Source: Octopus sinensis (Eukaryota). From it: DNA of 64,000 nt. The DNA lies in contig NC_043005.1 in the NCBI RefSeq assembly GCF_006345805.1, positions 15,872,001-15,936,000 of the forward strand, in the 5' to 3' direction. The notes under the pieces were generated by a model. That model was not told the DNA's origin and did not search any database. It saw nothing but the letters and a program-made list of their open reading frames with translations. Shown here one piece after another: positions 1 to 39,509 of the stretch; position 1 is the stretch's first letter; each line of letters begins with the position of its first letter. The position numbers and the translations under genes were made by a program.

Positions 1-393
1 AAAAAAGTGATAAATTCTTAAACTTTCATTTCAGATGAAGAATTTGAAAATTTTCTCTTTTCAGAATATTGTGATTTGAAGTTGTGTTATAATATTGATG
101 TAGGTCTTATTGTTCTCTAGCATAAGATATTTTATTGTCAGTATGCAGATTCCTCCAGAAGACTATTGTTGTAATTTAACCCTAGGTCAACTCAGATCTC
201 ACGTACCTATGGTTAAAAGCATTTTACTTATGACTGTTTTATCTCTTCCATCAACAACTACATTATCCAATGACTCCCTCCATTATTTTGATGCTAACAT
301 GTAATTTTGAGGATGATCCGCTAATTATTTCTAGCAGATCAAGTGGTCTTATTGACATTCCCTCATTAGCTAAAACATCTCTCATTGGATTAA

Positions 394-614
394 CCCTTTA
401 GTGTTTGCATAATTCTGCCAAAATTAATGCTTCTTCATCCACATTGTTTTGAACTAATCATGCATTACCTTGTAGCTATGAGATTTTGATGAGGTAGCTG
501 TTAATTTTTAAAACAATATTGTAGGGTTGGTGTGAGAGACCAGATCTGGCCAATTTGAACATAAAGCAGGCAGAATACTTTTGGCCGGATGTGACCGGTT
601 TAAATGCTAAAGGG
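394..614. mobile_element. piggyBac-like MITE
   Basis: TTAA|CCCTTTAG ... CTAAAGGG|TTAA. Confidence 0.75.
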
Positions 615-1193
615 TTAAAGCCAATTATTTTGTTGTTACTGCTGTTGCAGTTTGCTCTGACTGGGTATTTCTGTGATATAGCAGTAACTGAACTGATTGA
701 ATGAAATATTCAGTTGATGCTTAATACATAAAACAGTTACAGGTCTTGTAAATATTTTTGATGAGGAATAAGAAAATATCTTGACGAGGAATAAGGGAGA
801 ACTGTTTGAATTACATTGGGAATATACTAAGGTGATATCATGTATAGAATACTTCTTAACAAATGTTTAAAATAATAACTCAAACTCTGAATGAATTTGA
901 TGAGATAATAAGGAGGCCTGTATGTTGTTGCTGAACCAGAATGATATCTGAACTTGATGATATGGCAGATAAATTTTGACATAAAACAAGTTTCTTCGCA
1001 TGAACTTGTTTTCCTCCAGCATCCTAAAGATGAAAAAGACTACAAATGAATGTGTTTTTATGTGTTTTTATGTCCAGTGGCTAAATACAACTTAACAGTA
1101 TGTGCATGATCAGAAGAAGGAATTACATATGCTTTTCACACCTCATGTGTGTTTCTTTGATGGAATAGAAACAAGATAAAAAGATTTTCTTAC

Positions 1194-26815
<25,622 letters not shown>

Positions 26816-27090
26816 CTAGTAGGAACAAAGAAAGAAGAAAATGAAAGTTTGTTGTGGTAAATATATATATATATTATATATACATATAAAGATTGATAAA
26901 ATTTGGTTTACGATAAAAATTTCAGATATTTGTCTTAAACATTCAGACAAGCAAATTCATAATTCAGATGTATAACATGAGATATTATTCCATTCAAATA
27001 ACCACATATTTATATTAAGACATAGACGATAAAAATATAGAAATATAAGAGTATAAACATAAAAATATAAGGAGTAACATGAAATATATA

Positions 27091-27123
<33 letters not shown>

Positions 27124-27129
27124 GATATA

Positions 27130-27300
27130 GGGAGAGTTCACAAAAAAAAAACAAAAGACAAAGAGAGTTCACAAAAAAAAAACAAACAGATGTATTAGTA
27201 TAACACTGATGAATTGAAAAAGTCTTTTATGTTTTGAGCCTATGCTCTTCTACAGAAAAGGACACAGAAAAAAACAAGGAGAGAAAAAAATGTATACATA
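27130..27300 (-). mobile_element. Penelope-like non-autonomous repeat with decayed CUGUAGA hammerhead-like motif
   Basis: Reverse complement paralogue of 34385-34585; GAAAC mutated to AAAAC. Confidence 0.55.
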
Positions 27301-27554
27301 TGTATATCAAAGAGAAAAAAACCAAAACTTTGGAATTAATTAAGGGATAATTGAAGTAGGATTAATGAGTAAAGTGTATGAATTTGTATATTTAACACTT
27401 TCATTACCATACATGAGGTTAGAAGGATTTCTTATATGTGATGTGAATATAAAGAGACTGAAGACTAAGAAAACTATTGATGGACAGTGTTAGTGTAAAG
27501 AAGTGAAAAGAAGTTGATAATAGATGTATAATAGAAGGTGTGTGAGTGTGAGTA

Positions 27555-27712
27555 ACAACAATGATGAAAATGATGATGATGATGATGATGATGGCATTGT
27601 TAATGATGATACTGACAAAAATGTTAATGAAGAAGATGATTATTATGATGACAACGTTAATGATGACGATGGTGATGTTGACAATGATGACGACAATGAT
27701 GATGATAATGAA

Positions 27713-27743
<31 letters not shown>

Positions 27744-27800
27744 ATGATGATGATGATGATGATGATGATGATGTTAATGGCTATGGAAATGGCAACAACA

Positions 27801-27849
<49 letters not shown>

Positions 27850-27850
27850 C
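27555..27850. repeat. Imperfect (GAT)n microsatellite
   Basis: Direct reading. Confidence 0.95.
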
Positions 27851-28493
27851 AATTTTGTTCCAGACAAAATTTATATTTCAAAGTATCTGTTATGTTCAGT
27901 TTATATAGCATCAATGGTTAAGGAATATATTCTGGAGTTTTCCCGTTACTCTCTCAATCCATATTTGCCCATCACCTACATGCATCCACACTGTTCATTA
28001 ATTTCTCCTTCCATCAGTAATCTACTTAAATACATAAGATTCCACCCCCTACACACAGACATACACACAAATATACATATATAAAAATAAAACATACACA
28101 TATACACATACATTATATGTTCTATATTAAACACATACGCATACATTCTGAATTCATATTTGCCTTTCAACCTTTTGAAACCAATGAAATAAAATTAAGT
28201 ATTGGGGTTGATGAAATCGACTGACCCCTCCCACTAAAATTGAGGGCCTTGTGCCAAATCAATAGTTATTGTCTGGTAAATTTAGTTTCTTTTTCAGTAA
28301 TGTCCAAAACAATAGCATTTTGTTATTAGAATCTTCAGAATCCATAGATTCAATAATTAAATCCTCTAAACCCATAACCCAATTTAAAATAGATCTCTTA
28401 GCCTTTGGATGCTTTTAGCAGAATCTGTTCTGTTCTAAGCATTTGGAATCAGATCTCCATTTCAAAGATAATTCAATATTTAGCTGTTGCTAA

Positions 28494-28710
28494 GCCGGAG
28501 AGCTGGCAGAATTGTGAGCATGCCGGGCAAAATGCTTAGAGTATTTCGTCTGTCTTTAGGTTCTGAGTTCAAATTCCACTGAGGTTGACTTTGCCTTTCA
28601 TTCTTTCGGGGGGTCAATAAATTAAGTACCAGTTGCATACTGGGGTCGAGCTAATTGACTGGCTCCCTCCCGCAAAATTTTGTGCCTTGTGCCTAAAGTA
28701 GAAGCGAATA
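28494..28710 (+). mobile_element. SINE family A, second subfamily
   Basis: Head and core as family A, different 3' end. Confidence 0.8.
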
Positions 28711-28987
28711 ATTAGATGTTGTTGCTTCTTACTGTATTAATTGAGATTTTTTTTTAAGTTGATAATTTTTTTTGTTTTTTATCGAGACACCATCCAGTCT
28801 GGCTGATTGCCCAGGCCAACCTGATTATCTCTCTCATCCCTCCCAATCTTCTATTAGTGTTTTTAGGTCAACCAGTGCAGTGAGAGAAATACCTCGATCA
28901 TCAATAGATGTGGCTCACACTGATGATTATACTGAGCTATGGAAAGATTAGTTGGTCATTTAAGTTGGTAAATTCCTCATAAATATT

Positions 28988-29200
28988 CTTTTCTACTCTA
29001 GGCACAAGGTCCGAAATTTTAGTGGAGGGGGCCAGTCGAGTACATCAACCCCAGTATGCAACTGGTACTTAATTTATCAGTCCTGAAAAGATGAAAAGCA
29101 AAGTTGACCTAGGCGGAATTTGAACTCAGAATGTAAAGACAGACAAAATACTGCAAAGCATTTTGCCCAGTGTGCTAACATTTCTGCCAGCTTACTGCCT
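28988..29200 (-). mobile_element. SINE family A, second subfamily
   Basis: Perfect 19-bp TSD taaattcctcataaatatt. Confidence 0.88.
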
Positions 29201-30454
29201 TAAATTCCTCATAAATATTAAGCTCACTTAATTATATAACTGCGAACTATAATGAGAAACTAATTCTTATGAAATACTGTTGCAGTTGTTCTGAAATAAC
29301 ACTGCATACTCCGCATCTATTTGTATTATGATATGGCTGGATAATAGTGAGTGATAAAATGGAGTGATGGGCAAACGACAGATTACTTGCTCACATTCAG
29401 TATTTGTTAAGTTGTATACATATAAATTTGCTGAAAATTTGTTAACTGAAACTAATATTCTGTTTGTGCTCATAAACAATAGCCATTATATATTATTGGT
29501 AGTTCCTTGCCTTCCATAACTATAACTAAGCTCCAAAAAAGAAAGTTCCTGCAATCATTATTCTAGAATTCTAGAATAAAAAGATCTAATTAACACAAGG
29601 AGAGATTAAATATTGTTGTTGTTTAGTTCCAGATTGATCTTGATTATCTTGTCTTTTCCTTGTTTTAGCCATAGTTTATGCAGTACTATTCCATTTTTCG
29701 CTCAAGATTAAAATGTTTTACAATTCTGCATGGAAAAATTTAAACTAAAATACACCCACCCACTCAAAACAAACAAAGCAAAAAAAAAATTAAAATTAAA
29801 AAGTAAAACCAAAAATGGCCCAGCAGATTCCAACATTGAAAAATTCAAAAACTTAAAGAGAGATCTGTACTTAGATTAACAAATAAGATCTTGGAATATA
29901 AACATTAAAATCAAAGAAGAGAAGTAATGGTCTTTGTTGGCAAGAGGTAAAAAGGAAGAAGAATAATCTTTTATAAAATTTTAAAAAAATAAGAGCTAAA
30001 TTCATGGCACACCCCACCTCCTATTCCATTGCATAATTAGAAGAAATATTCAAAGCCGATATCAAACCAAAATGGTAATTATTGAAATCAGAAGGAATTT
30101 TTTCCTCTATGTGTGTGATAGTTCTTTTGCACTACTAGTTATATATTTTTATATTTTTCATTATTAATTTAGCTGTCAGGGCAGCAAAGATTGCTCCAAG
30201 GTAGCTGTGGATGGTGAGGTACAAACCCTAGAAGGATCAGTGCTATCAGGTATAGTACTAGCAGGATACATACTGTGGTTCAATCGACCTTGGTTGGCTT
30301 ACCTAGGTTAGGGTGTATGATTGTTGAAACACTTGAAACATCAGATAACGTCAGGGAATATGACTGAAGATGTGTCCAAGTGCATCATAGAATGATGTTT
30401 TGAAAAAATAGTTACTAATAAAGTAACTCTACCATTAAGAACTACAATAGCCAT

Positions 30455-30778
30455 TACTGGCACTCTGTCAGTTACGTTGATGAGGGTTCCAGTTGATCCG
30501 ATCAATGGAACAGCCTGCTTGTGAAATTAATGTGCAAATGGCTGAGTACTCCACAGACACGTGTACACTTAATGTAGTTGTCAGGGAGATTCAGGGTGAC
30601 ACAATGTGACAAGGCGGGTCCTTTGAAATACAGGTACTACTCATTTTTGCTAGCTGAGTGGACTGGAAGAACATGAAGTAAAGTGTCTTGCTCAAGGACA
30701 CATGTCGTCCGGAATTGAACTCATGACCTTACAATCGTGAGCTGAATACCCTAACCACTAAGCCATGTGCCTTCACAC
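30455..30778 (-). mobile_element. tRNA-derived SINE sharing the family B 3' half
   Basis: Reverse-complement similarity to 17520-17700. Confidence 0.75.
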
Positions 30779-30849
30779 TATAGCCATTAATACTGAATAA
30801 ATAGTATTGCTGAATTGTTTGTTCTTTATGTTATAGCTTTGATGATGAA

Positions 30850-31625
30850 TGGTGAAAAATTGCAATTAGAACCATTTCATGCTCCCTGTGGAAAAAAAAG
30901 CACTGAGTGCAAGGCAGTGGCAAAAGAAACTAATGATGTGAAAGACCCAGAAAACTGGTTCAGACATTTCGAGAAAGATGACACTAGCCTTGAAGATAAA
31001 CCAAGGTCAGAGGGACCTTCTGTTGTGGCAGATGAAGCCTTGTTTGAAAGGGTTGAAAAACAGTCAAGCACAAACACCCATACATTGTTGACAGAACTTG
31101 GTCCTTTAACAAAGAACCATCAGTCAACACCTCCATAACTTGGCCTTGTAAACAGGCATTGTTGAGAAATTCCTCAGGAACTGACCAATGGCCGATCCCA
31201 ATGACATGTGAACTTTTGCAAACAACTTGAAAAATTCACCTATTTACATAAACCTATTAAGAGAAGTCAGTGACTTTGTTCCAGTCAAACTTCAGAACCT
31301 GTAATCAAACAGAGGGTCATATTGTGTGTTTGGTGGAATTTCAAGAGTATTGCACTTTGAGCTCCTTCCAGATGGTGATCCTGTAAATTCTAACCTTGAT
31401 GCTAGTGAGTATATGACACTTTGAAAGCCCACTACTCAGCATTGATCAGTTTAAGATGTGCACGTCTACAACATGACAATGCCCCAGCACACACTGCCAA
31501 TGTCACCAAGTGCAAACTTGATGGACTTGTGGGACTAGACATGCTACCTCAAACTGTTTACAGTCCAGATTTTGCACCAACAGGTTACCAATTTTTCTGA
31601 GCCATGGTTCATTTCCTGTATGGAA
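30850..31625 (+). mobile_element. Degenerate mariner (DD34D) transposase remnant
   Basis: NWFRHFEKDDTSLEDKPRS (HTH), LCVWWNFK, LQHDNAPAHTA, YSPDFAP; frameshifted. Confidence 0.8.
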
Positions 31626-31759
31626 ATTCATGAGCAGGCTGTTCCATTGATTGGATCAACTGGGACCCTCGTCGTCACAACTGACGAGTGCTATGTCATA
31701 TTTGTATGTATGCATTTGCTTGTATATTTGGATGTTTCTATAAGAATATATACAGAGAC

Positions 31760-32090
31760 CCCCTTTGGTCATGACTGACCATGGGATTACACCTAGGAAG
31801 TTACCCTGCCAGGCATAAGTCCGGGCAAGGTTGTTTATAGAAGACCAGCAGTTGCACATACATACCTGCCTCCCCTCTCCACACCACTGGTTTTATCCAA
31901 GGGAAAGGCAAAGGCTGAAACAGCTTGGCACCTGTGATGTTGCAACTCATTTCTACAGCTGAGTGAACTGGAGCAATGTGAAATAAAGTGTTTTGCTCAA
32001 GAACACAGCATGCAGCCTGGTCCAGGAATCAAACTCACAACCTCACAATCATAAGCCCAATGCTCTAACCATTGAGCCATGCACCTTCAC
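31760..32090 (-). mobile_element. tRNA-derived SINE (paralogue of 11533-11690)
   Basis: Shared head and aaggcaaagg...cttggcacc segment. Confidence 0.75.
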
Positions 32091-32252
32091 TATAAGAATA
32101 TATACACACACAAGCACACACATATATATATACATACATGTGTGTATGTGTGTGTTCATATGTATATATGTAGTAGGTTAGTATATGTGTACATGTCTGC
32201 ATATGAATGTTTCTTAATAGACATATGTATGTGTGTGGCATGTGTATGTGGG

Positions 32253-32289
<37 letters not shown>

Positions 32290-32574
32290 CTCACTGCTTG
32301 CTTAGATATTATTATTGGAATTTGGGGAATTCAGCCTCCCAGTATCTGTTATTTCTGCTAATCATAAAACTATGAACTAACAGAGGATGTGTTGTGAGGC
32401 AGGGAAAATTGAGGCAAACAAACTAATGAATAAATTAATTGACAAAGCATAACAACAATTGTTGTGAGGTTTTCAACCCAGGGCACCTCATAGTCAGTAA
32501 TCCTGCTCTTTGAACCCACAGCTATTATGTTTTTTTTTAAAATATTTAATAACTTAGTATTTAATAAATTAAAG

Positions 32575-32795
32575 CTGGCAAAATCGTTAGCATGCCAGGT
32601 GAAATGCTTTGCAACATTTCGTCTGCTGCTATGCTCTGAGTTCAAATTATGCCAAGGTCGACTTTGGCTTTTATCCTTTTGGGGTTGATTAAATAAGTAC
32701 CAGTTATGCACTGGAGTTGATGTAATCAACTTAATCCCTTTGTCCTTGTTTGTTCCCTCTGTGTTTGGCTCCTTGTGGGCAATAAAGAAATAAAT
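32575..32795 (+). mobile_element. SINE family A, diverged
   Basis: Similarity to other copies. Confidence 0.8.
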
Positions 32796-33223
32796 ATTTA
32801 ATAACTTAATGTTACTGTTGTTGTTTAGCCTCTTACTGGTTCTGATATAAAAGACCTTTGAACTAAAGCATTCCAATTGTGACCATCCATCATATTTTTA
32901 TAAGCAAAGTATTCTCAATACTACATTATATCCGAAGCATATTTTCTTTTAAAGAGAGATTGTGATTTAAGGAGGATCTTGCTACTATTTCTTGCAATTC
33001 AAATTACCACATGGAGGCTCCTTCTGTATTTGTGATAGCTGAGACAGTGTGTGTGCTTTTATTGTTGTTGGTATTATTATCATTTGAAGCAGTTTGATTT
33101 GGTCCCCTGCAGGCTTCTTACAGAAACTTGAAGTCGCTTGAGGTCAAATCAAACAGTTTTAAATAATAATAACTCTAACTAAACGTGTAGAGTGGCTCTT
33201 TCTTTCACTTGTTCCCTCACTTG

Positions 33224-33278
<55 letters not shown>

Positions 33279-33739
33279 TATAATAATAAAAGGGTAAAAT
33301 TAATTAATCAATTAATAAATAATAATTTTACCAAGTAGCTCGGTATGTTAAAAGAACCATTAAACTTGTACGGTAAACTTGTACAGAATTCTATAATTAC
33401 AAGTGGTGAAGCAAACTTTTGCTGAACCCTAATTATAATTATACTCATAATTATAGAATTCTGTATATAAATACATGGTAAATGAAAGAAGGAAGATAGA
33501 AGTTTTATTAATCACGACAATTGTTTCGACATGTCTAGTATCAGTCCCTCATGGGCGGAATACTTGGGGAGCATTCGACAATACAGCTGTATCTCTTTGG
33601 GTGATAAATAGATACAACCTGTTAAAATAACACTTCCGCAATGTATCTTCTCATTTTGTGTAAAGAAAAGCAGCAAATTAAAGGATATATCTTCATTTAT
33701 ATAATAATAAAAAATGCACCCTTTTTAAAGTGTAGATAG

Positions 33740-33965
33740 GCTCATGGGCCCAGTTTCGCGGTTTCTATGGCGTATGTGTTCCGCAGCTGGATGGGATGCC
33801 AGTCCATTGCAGCGTTACTCATTTTTGCCAGCTGAGTGGACTGGAGCAATGTGAAATGAAGTGTTTTGCTCAAGAACACAACGCGTCGCCCGATCCAGGA
33901 ACCGAAACCACAATCTTACGATCATGATGCTGACACCCTAACCACTAAGCCACGCACCTCCACCT
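33740..33965 (-). mobile_element. tRNA-derived SINE (family B-like head)
   Basis: Reverse complement A/B boxes; body shared with 45760-45875 and 30650-30780. Confidence 0.7.
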
Positions 33966-34384
33966 TCATTTATATAGAAGATCAAAAATAAAATAACAGA
34001 TGCAAAAAAGAAACAAACACACAATACAGACAGATAGATAGGCACAGATGATGCTGTATCTTTGAGAATTTCCCTTTTCTAATCCTTAGTTTTAGATTCA
34101 GTCCTACCATGTGAAAGCTTGTCCATGTGTTTGTTTACAAAAGTCATGAGCTATGTACAAATACTGTTGATGTCACTTATCCTGTCAACAAATCTTGTGC
34201 TAGCTTTGCATCTTTGAAGAAGTTTGAAATAAGAGTTTTTTTTACTCAAAAAATAAGTGTGGGTTTATAATAGGAAGGGCATCTGGTTGTAAAACAATGT
34301 TTCAATTAAATATTTGTGTAACCCATACTAGCCTGGAAAAACTGATGTAAAATATGTATGCAAATATATTTACATAATATATAT

Positions 34385-34585
34385 ATACAGGACACCATGA
34401 TAGATCGTTAGCCACTACACACATTTTTTTCTTTCCTTGTTTTTTCTGTGTACCTTTCTGTAGAAGAGCATAGGCTCGAAATATAAAAGACGTTTTCTAT
34501 TCCTGAGTGCTATACAAATACATCTGTTTGTTTTGTGCACCGCCTGTCTTTGTCTTTTGTTTATTTTCATAAACTTTCCCTATAT
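34385..34585 (+). mobile_element. Penelope-like non-autonomous repeat with CUGUAGA hammerhead-like motif at 34454-34489
   Basis: CTTT-CTGTAGA-A-GAGC(ATAG)GCTC-GAAA-TATA-AAAG. Confidence 0.6.
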
Positions 34586-34603
34586 ATATATAAATATACA
34601 CGC

Positions 34604-34634
<31 letters not shown>

Positions 34635-34642
34635 AATATACA

Positions 34643-34686
<44 letters not shown>

Positions 34687-35400
34687 CAGTATATACATAT
34701 ATATGTATATGAATGTTATATACGTATATTAATGTATGTGTGTATACAGAAATTTTTCTGTATTTGTATGTCTTTATGTTTACACCAAACTAAAAGCCAA
34801 ATTTATTTATGTTACATTCCTTCATGTTCTTCAAACTTAATGGTTTGTTTACATCATTCAGTGTATTATATCTGGGGGTCAAAGCATTTAATAATCAACT
34901 AGTGTTTGTAGGTAACCTAATATTATACAGTTTACTGCTGTTAATAGCATATTTACTGTAAATCTGATGTGTAACTGTTTGAGCGTTTACTCTCTTTGAG
35001 TTATTCATGGGAAGAAGGTTTGTACCCATAATTCAGGCACTCCTAAATTGACTCTATTGATCTCCAATCTGAACATTTGTATATCAATAACTGTAGCTAA
35101 AACAGATGAAAAGGTAGAATCAGAGGCTTATTTTTAATGCATGCTATTGACTCTGTTAAGTATCAGATGGAAGCATTAAACTAAGTTACAAGGTGGATGT
35201 TTAGGTCCATGAAGTACTTAATTTCTTCCGCATGGAAAATAATGTTCCTAGACCATATCGACATCTTACCTAGAGATAGATTTATTTTTCAATCTCTTTA
35301 TATTACTGAATCTAATGGACTTGTGAACTATAGAAGTCATAAAAAGAACAGATTGAAATAAAAATGAAACTGGAAGGGTCAACGGAGTCTAATAGACTCT

Positions 35401-35627
35401 CTCTCTTTACTCTTTTACTCTTTTACTCTTTTACTTGTTTCAGTCATTTGACTGCGGCCATGCTGGAGCACCGCCTTTAGTCGACCAAATCACCCCCGGG
35501 ACTTATTCTTTGTAAGCCCAGTACTTATTCTATCGGTCTCTTTTGCTGAACCGCTAAGTGACGGGGACGTAAACACACCAGCATCGGTTGTCAAGCAATG
35601 CTAGGGGGACAAGCACAGACACACAAG

Positions 35628-35667
<40 letters not shown>

Positions 35668-35840
35668 CATATATACGACAAGCTTCTTTCAGTTTCCGTC
35701 TACCAAATCCATTCACAAGGCATTGGTCGGCCCGGGGCTATAGTAGAAGACACTTGCCCAAGATGCCACGCAGTGAGACTGAACCCGGAACCATGTGGTT
35801 GGTTAGCAAGCTACTTACCACACAGCCACTCCTGCGCCTA
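35401..35840 (-). mobile_element. SINE family C, full length
   Basis: Head GGCGCAGGAGTGGCTGTGTGGTAAG, central (TA)/(TG) tract, (AGTAAAAG)n tail; paralogues at 41610, 47125, 54584, 62037. Confidence 0.88.
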
Positions 35841-37664
35841 AATACTGTGAATAAATTTTGAATAAATTTTGAACTGTTCTTAACTGGAACAAAACTTGTG
35901 TTAAATGTACTTATTAATGAAAATAATATTTCAAAAATGTCAAAATAACTTATGAGGGCTGTAAATATCCCCTCATAAAAATAAACATAAAAACCTCAAA
36001 ATATGGCAAGTTTTGATGATAAGATAGATGATGGCAGTTTATATTTTTCTTGTTGTTTGTGCTAATGAAGAATTCATCAGATTATATCTGATGACTGGAA
36101 GGTTTAGGATGGGAGTGGTGTGTAGAATATAAACTCGCTGATTCTGGCTTAAACCTAAATATCAGAGCATGATATGTTAGATGTGTTTTTGGAGATCAGT
36201 TGAAAATGTGAAAATGCCTGAGTATGGGTGATGAAGAGTTTAGAGTCAGTTTAATGAATAAAATAATAAAATGATGATGGTGGGTGTGAGAAGATAAACA
36301 ACATCTAAAATTTATATACAAGATAATTTGACAACATAAAGTGGAAGGTTAGTAATACTGATGAGGCAAGAAGGCAGTAATTGATGCAGTGATGATGGTG
36401 ATGGAAGTGAAAGGTGAGGGTAAGGAAAAGAGTGTAATGAAGAAATTGTAATTAAAGAGAAATGTACGTGCTTGCAATTAAAAAAAAAAAAATGTTACGG
36501 TACTATTTTAGTAATTTATTTAAATTTTACAATATTATTCAGAATAAGAAAGATAAGGAAAATATCTGGTCCCATCCACTTTTGTATTTATTTGTTTAAA
36601 TAGAATTTTTGGAATGGCAAAGATTTGAGTTGTGCTTTAAATAGGGTTTTAAGTATTTTGAAAGCAAAAAAGATATGATAGTTGTCAGGAACTATTAAAA
36701 GTTTTAGTGCTAGAGGTTTCAGGGACTTTTTAAATATTTTTTAGTGTTTCATGTCTGACAAGGAATTGGTTGTTCCACAATTGAACCACTTTTCCCAATA
36801 TGGTACTAATCTTGGTTTAATGGACTTACAGGAAAGAGAAGCAAAGCTGTCCATAAAGTGAATACTGAGGAGTAAACTCCTGATAAATTGCAGACAGGAA
36901 TTTGTCTCCATTTTCAATTATAATCATTGCACTTACATTACAAAGGCCTTCAAAAAAGCATGAAACAACACTGAAAACTATTGAAGCATTCCCTATTGTT
37001 GGTGCCATTGTTATTACCAACTGTATATGTTTGTGTGTCTGTGTTTGTCTCCCTAACATCGCTTGACAACTGATTCTGGTGTGTTTACGCCCATGTAACT
37101 TAGCGGTTCAGCAAAAGAGACTTACAAAGAATAAGTCCTAGGGTCGATTTGCTCGACTAAAGGCGATGCTTCATCATGGCCGCAGTCAACTGACTGAAAC
37201 AAGTAAAAGAGAGATCAGTTGGTGCTTTTTACGTGCCACTGGCACGGAAGCCAGTCAAGGTGGTGCTGGCATCGGCCACATTCTGATGATGCATTTTATG
37301 TGCCACCAGTACAGGTATCACAACTACAATTTCCATTTGATTTTAATTTTGATGTAAATGACCAGTAAAATGATTTATAATGTTGAAACAAGTTCTCAGG
37401 TCCTTGTACCTCCATCCATGTAAACTCACTTGTAAGACTACAAATATAATGCACAGACTATAACTGCTTGGGTTAAAGCATTGTTGGCATGGCAAAACCA
37501 CTACATAATTCTATGCCAGTATTTGTTTCAGTCTACTACATTCTGAGTTCAAATCCTGCTGAGGTCTACATTGCCTTTCAACTATCTAGGGCTGATAAAA
37601 TACAGTACTGTTCAAGTACTTGCGTCAGTATACACACACACATGCACATACATGCACATACATG

Positions 37665-37696
<32 letters not shown>

Positions 37697-39289
37697 CATA
37701 CATACATTTATACACACATACATACATACATGCATACATACATGTATACATACATACATGAATACATACATATATACATACATACATACATACATACATA
37801 AATACATACAAACATACATTTATACACACATACATACATACTTACATACATACATGCATACATACATGTATACATACATACGTGAATACATGCATACATA
37901 TGTACATTCATACATACATACATACATACACACATACATACACACATGTAGAGGCGCAATGGCCTAGTGGTTAGGGCAGCGGACTCGCGGTCGCAGGGTC
38001 GCGGTTTCGATTCTCAGACTGGGCGTTGTGTGTGTTTATTGAGCGAAAACACCTAAAAAGCTCTACGAGGCTCTGGCAGGGGGTGGTGATCCCTGCTGTA
38101 CTCTTTCACCACAATGGCGGTGCCCCAGCATGGCCACAGCTCAAGAGCTGAAACTGGAAAAACAAAAACAAAACAAACATATATATGTGTGTGTGTGTGT
38201 ATAATGTATGTGCATGTATGTTTTTGTGCTTGCCCCCCCCCCCCATCACCTGAGAACCGGTGTTGGTTTGTGTATGTGCGTATAACATAGAAACTTGGCC
38301 ATAAAGCCTAATAAAAAAAAGTACAAAATTTTTAAAGAAATAAATACTGCGGGTGATTTATTCAATTGAATTCTTCAAGGTGGTGCAACAGCAGGGTCAC
38401 AGTCCAATGAATGTAAAATGTAAAAAAATATTAAGGAAAAAGAATATTTGGCTACGTGTAGCATCAATAAATATGCTAGTAGCTGACATATCACACATTA
38501 TACTAACAGAATAGTGACTCAGATAGCCGAAACTCTTCGAAGATGGGGATGTAGGGGAGAAAAAAGGAAAAGAAGAGGAAAACTGAAAACAACTGTATGT
38601 AATGATTTCTTTCATTGATGCAAAGAAAGCCCTATATTTTTGGAGGAGTACAATCATTTCTCACATTAATTAGCACTAGTAATTATAACGGACAAAGGTT
38701 TAGTTCATTGAACTGACCTCTCAATAAAACATCTGGTACAATTTTGATCTTTTAACATTTAAGCTGACCATATCTGGCCCAAATATTTTATCAGTTTTGT
38801 GTTTGAACCATCCATACAGGACCTCTCACACCTACCCTATAATGTAATTCTAAAAGAAACAACCACATCATTGAAATCTCAAAGGTACAAGATAATGTAT
38901 GAGTAATTCAAAACAATGTGAATAAACAAACATTACATTTGACAGAGTGATTTGAATGCTAAAGGGTTAATTGACCTCAGAGAGAGGAAAATAACAGTCA
39001 ACCCATTTCAGGATTTGTATTTAGAGTGTAAAGAACAGTAACCAATATCCAAGATAGTTCTTGCAAGTCTAAGTCCTTAAGCCTGTTATGGACACGTTTC
39101 TAACATTTGAGCTGCTAATATTTTCAATTAATTTACAAAATAACCATGTATATGGAGTGGGGTGATAGCATTTTAATTTATTACTTGTTCTGCTCCCACA
39201 TCCAGTAGACCAGTGATCAAAAATGTTCCAAATATGACCATCCTATTTTTTTACAGACATAAATGTAATGGATCCATTTCCCCCCTTAA

Positions 39290-39509
39290 CCCTTTCATTA
39301 CTGTATTTATTTTGAGATGCTCTGTGTTTCTTTCAATTACTTTAAATATTACAAAGAATTTAGTAAAATAACTTAGTTATCATTCAGCTTGTGTTAGGAA
39401 CATAAATTGTGACTAAGGTTTGGTGGAAGATTTTTATTCAAAACTTATGAAAATAAGACATTTGTATCCAGAGCCAGAGCCGGTTTCAGCCGGGTTGGTA
39501 ACTAAAGGG
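39290..39509. mobile_element. piggyBac-like MITE
   Basis: TTAA|CCCTTT ... AAAGGG|TTAA. Confidence 0.8.

Noticed and set aside
27524-28084. 186-aa poly-Asp ORF
   Set aside because: Translation of a (GAT)n microsatellite; no splice or domain support
30300-30400. Phase-1 donor as candidate collagen first exon
   Set aside because: In-frame stop before any ATG; not hydrophobic
36480-37010. Possible transposase or LINE remnant (GTNNRECFNS)
   Set aside because: Many stops and no second motif; not supportable without a search
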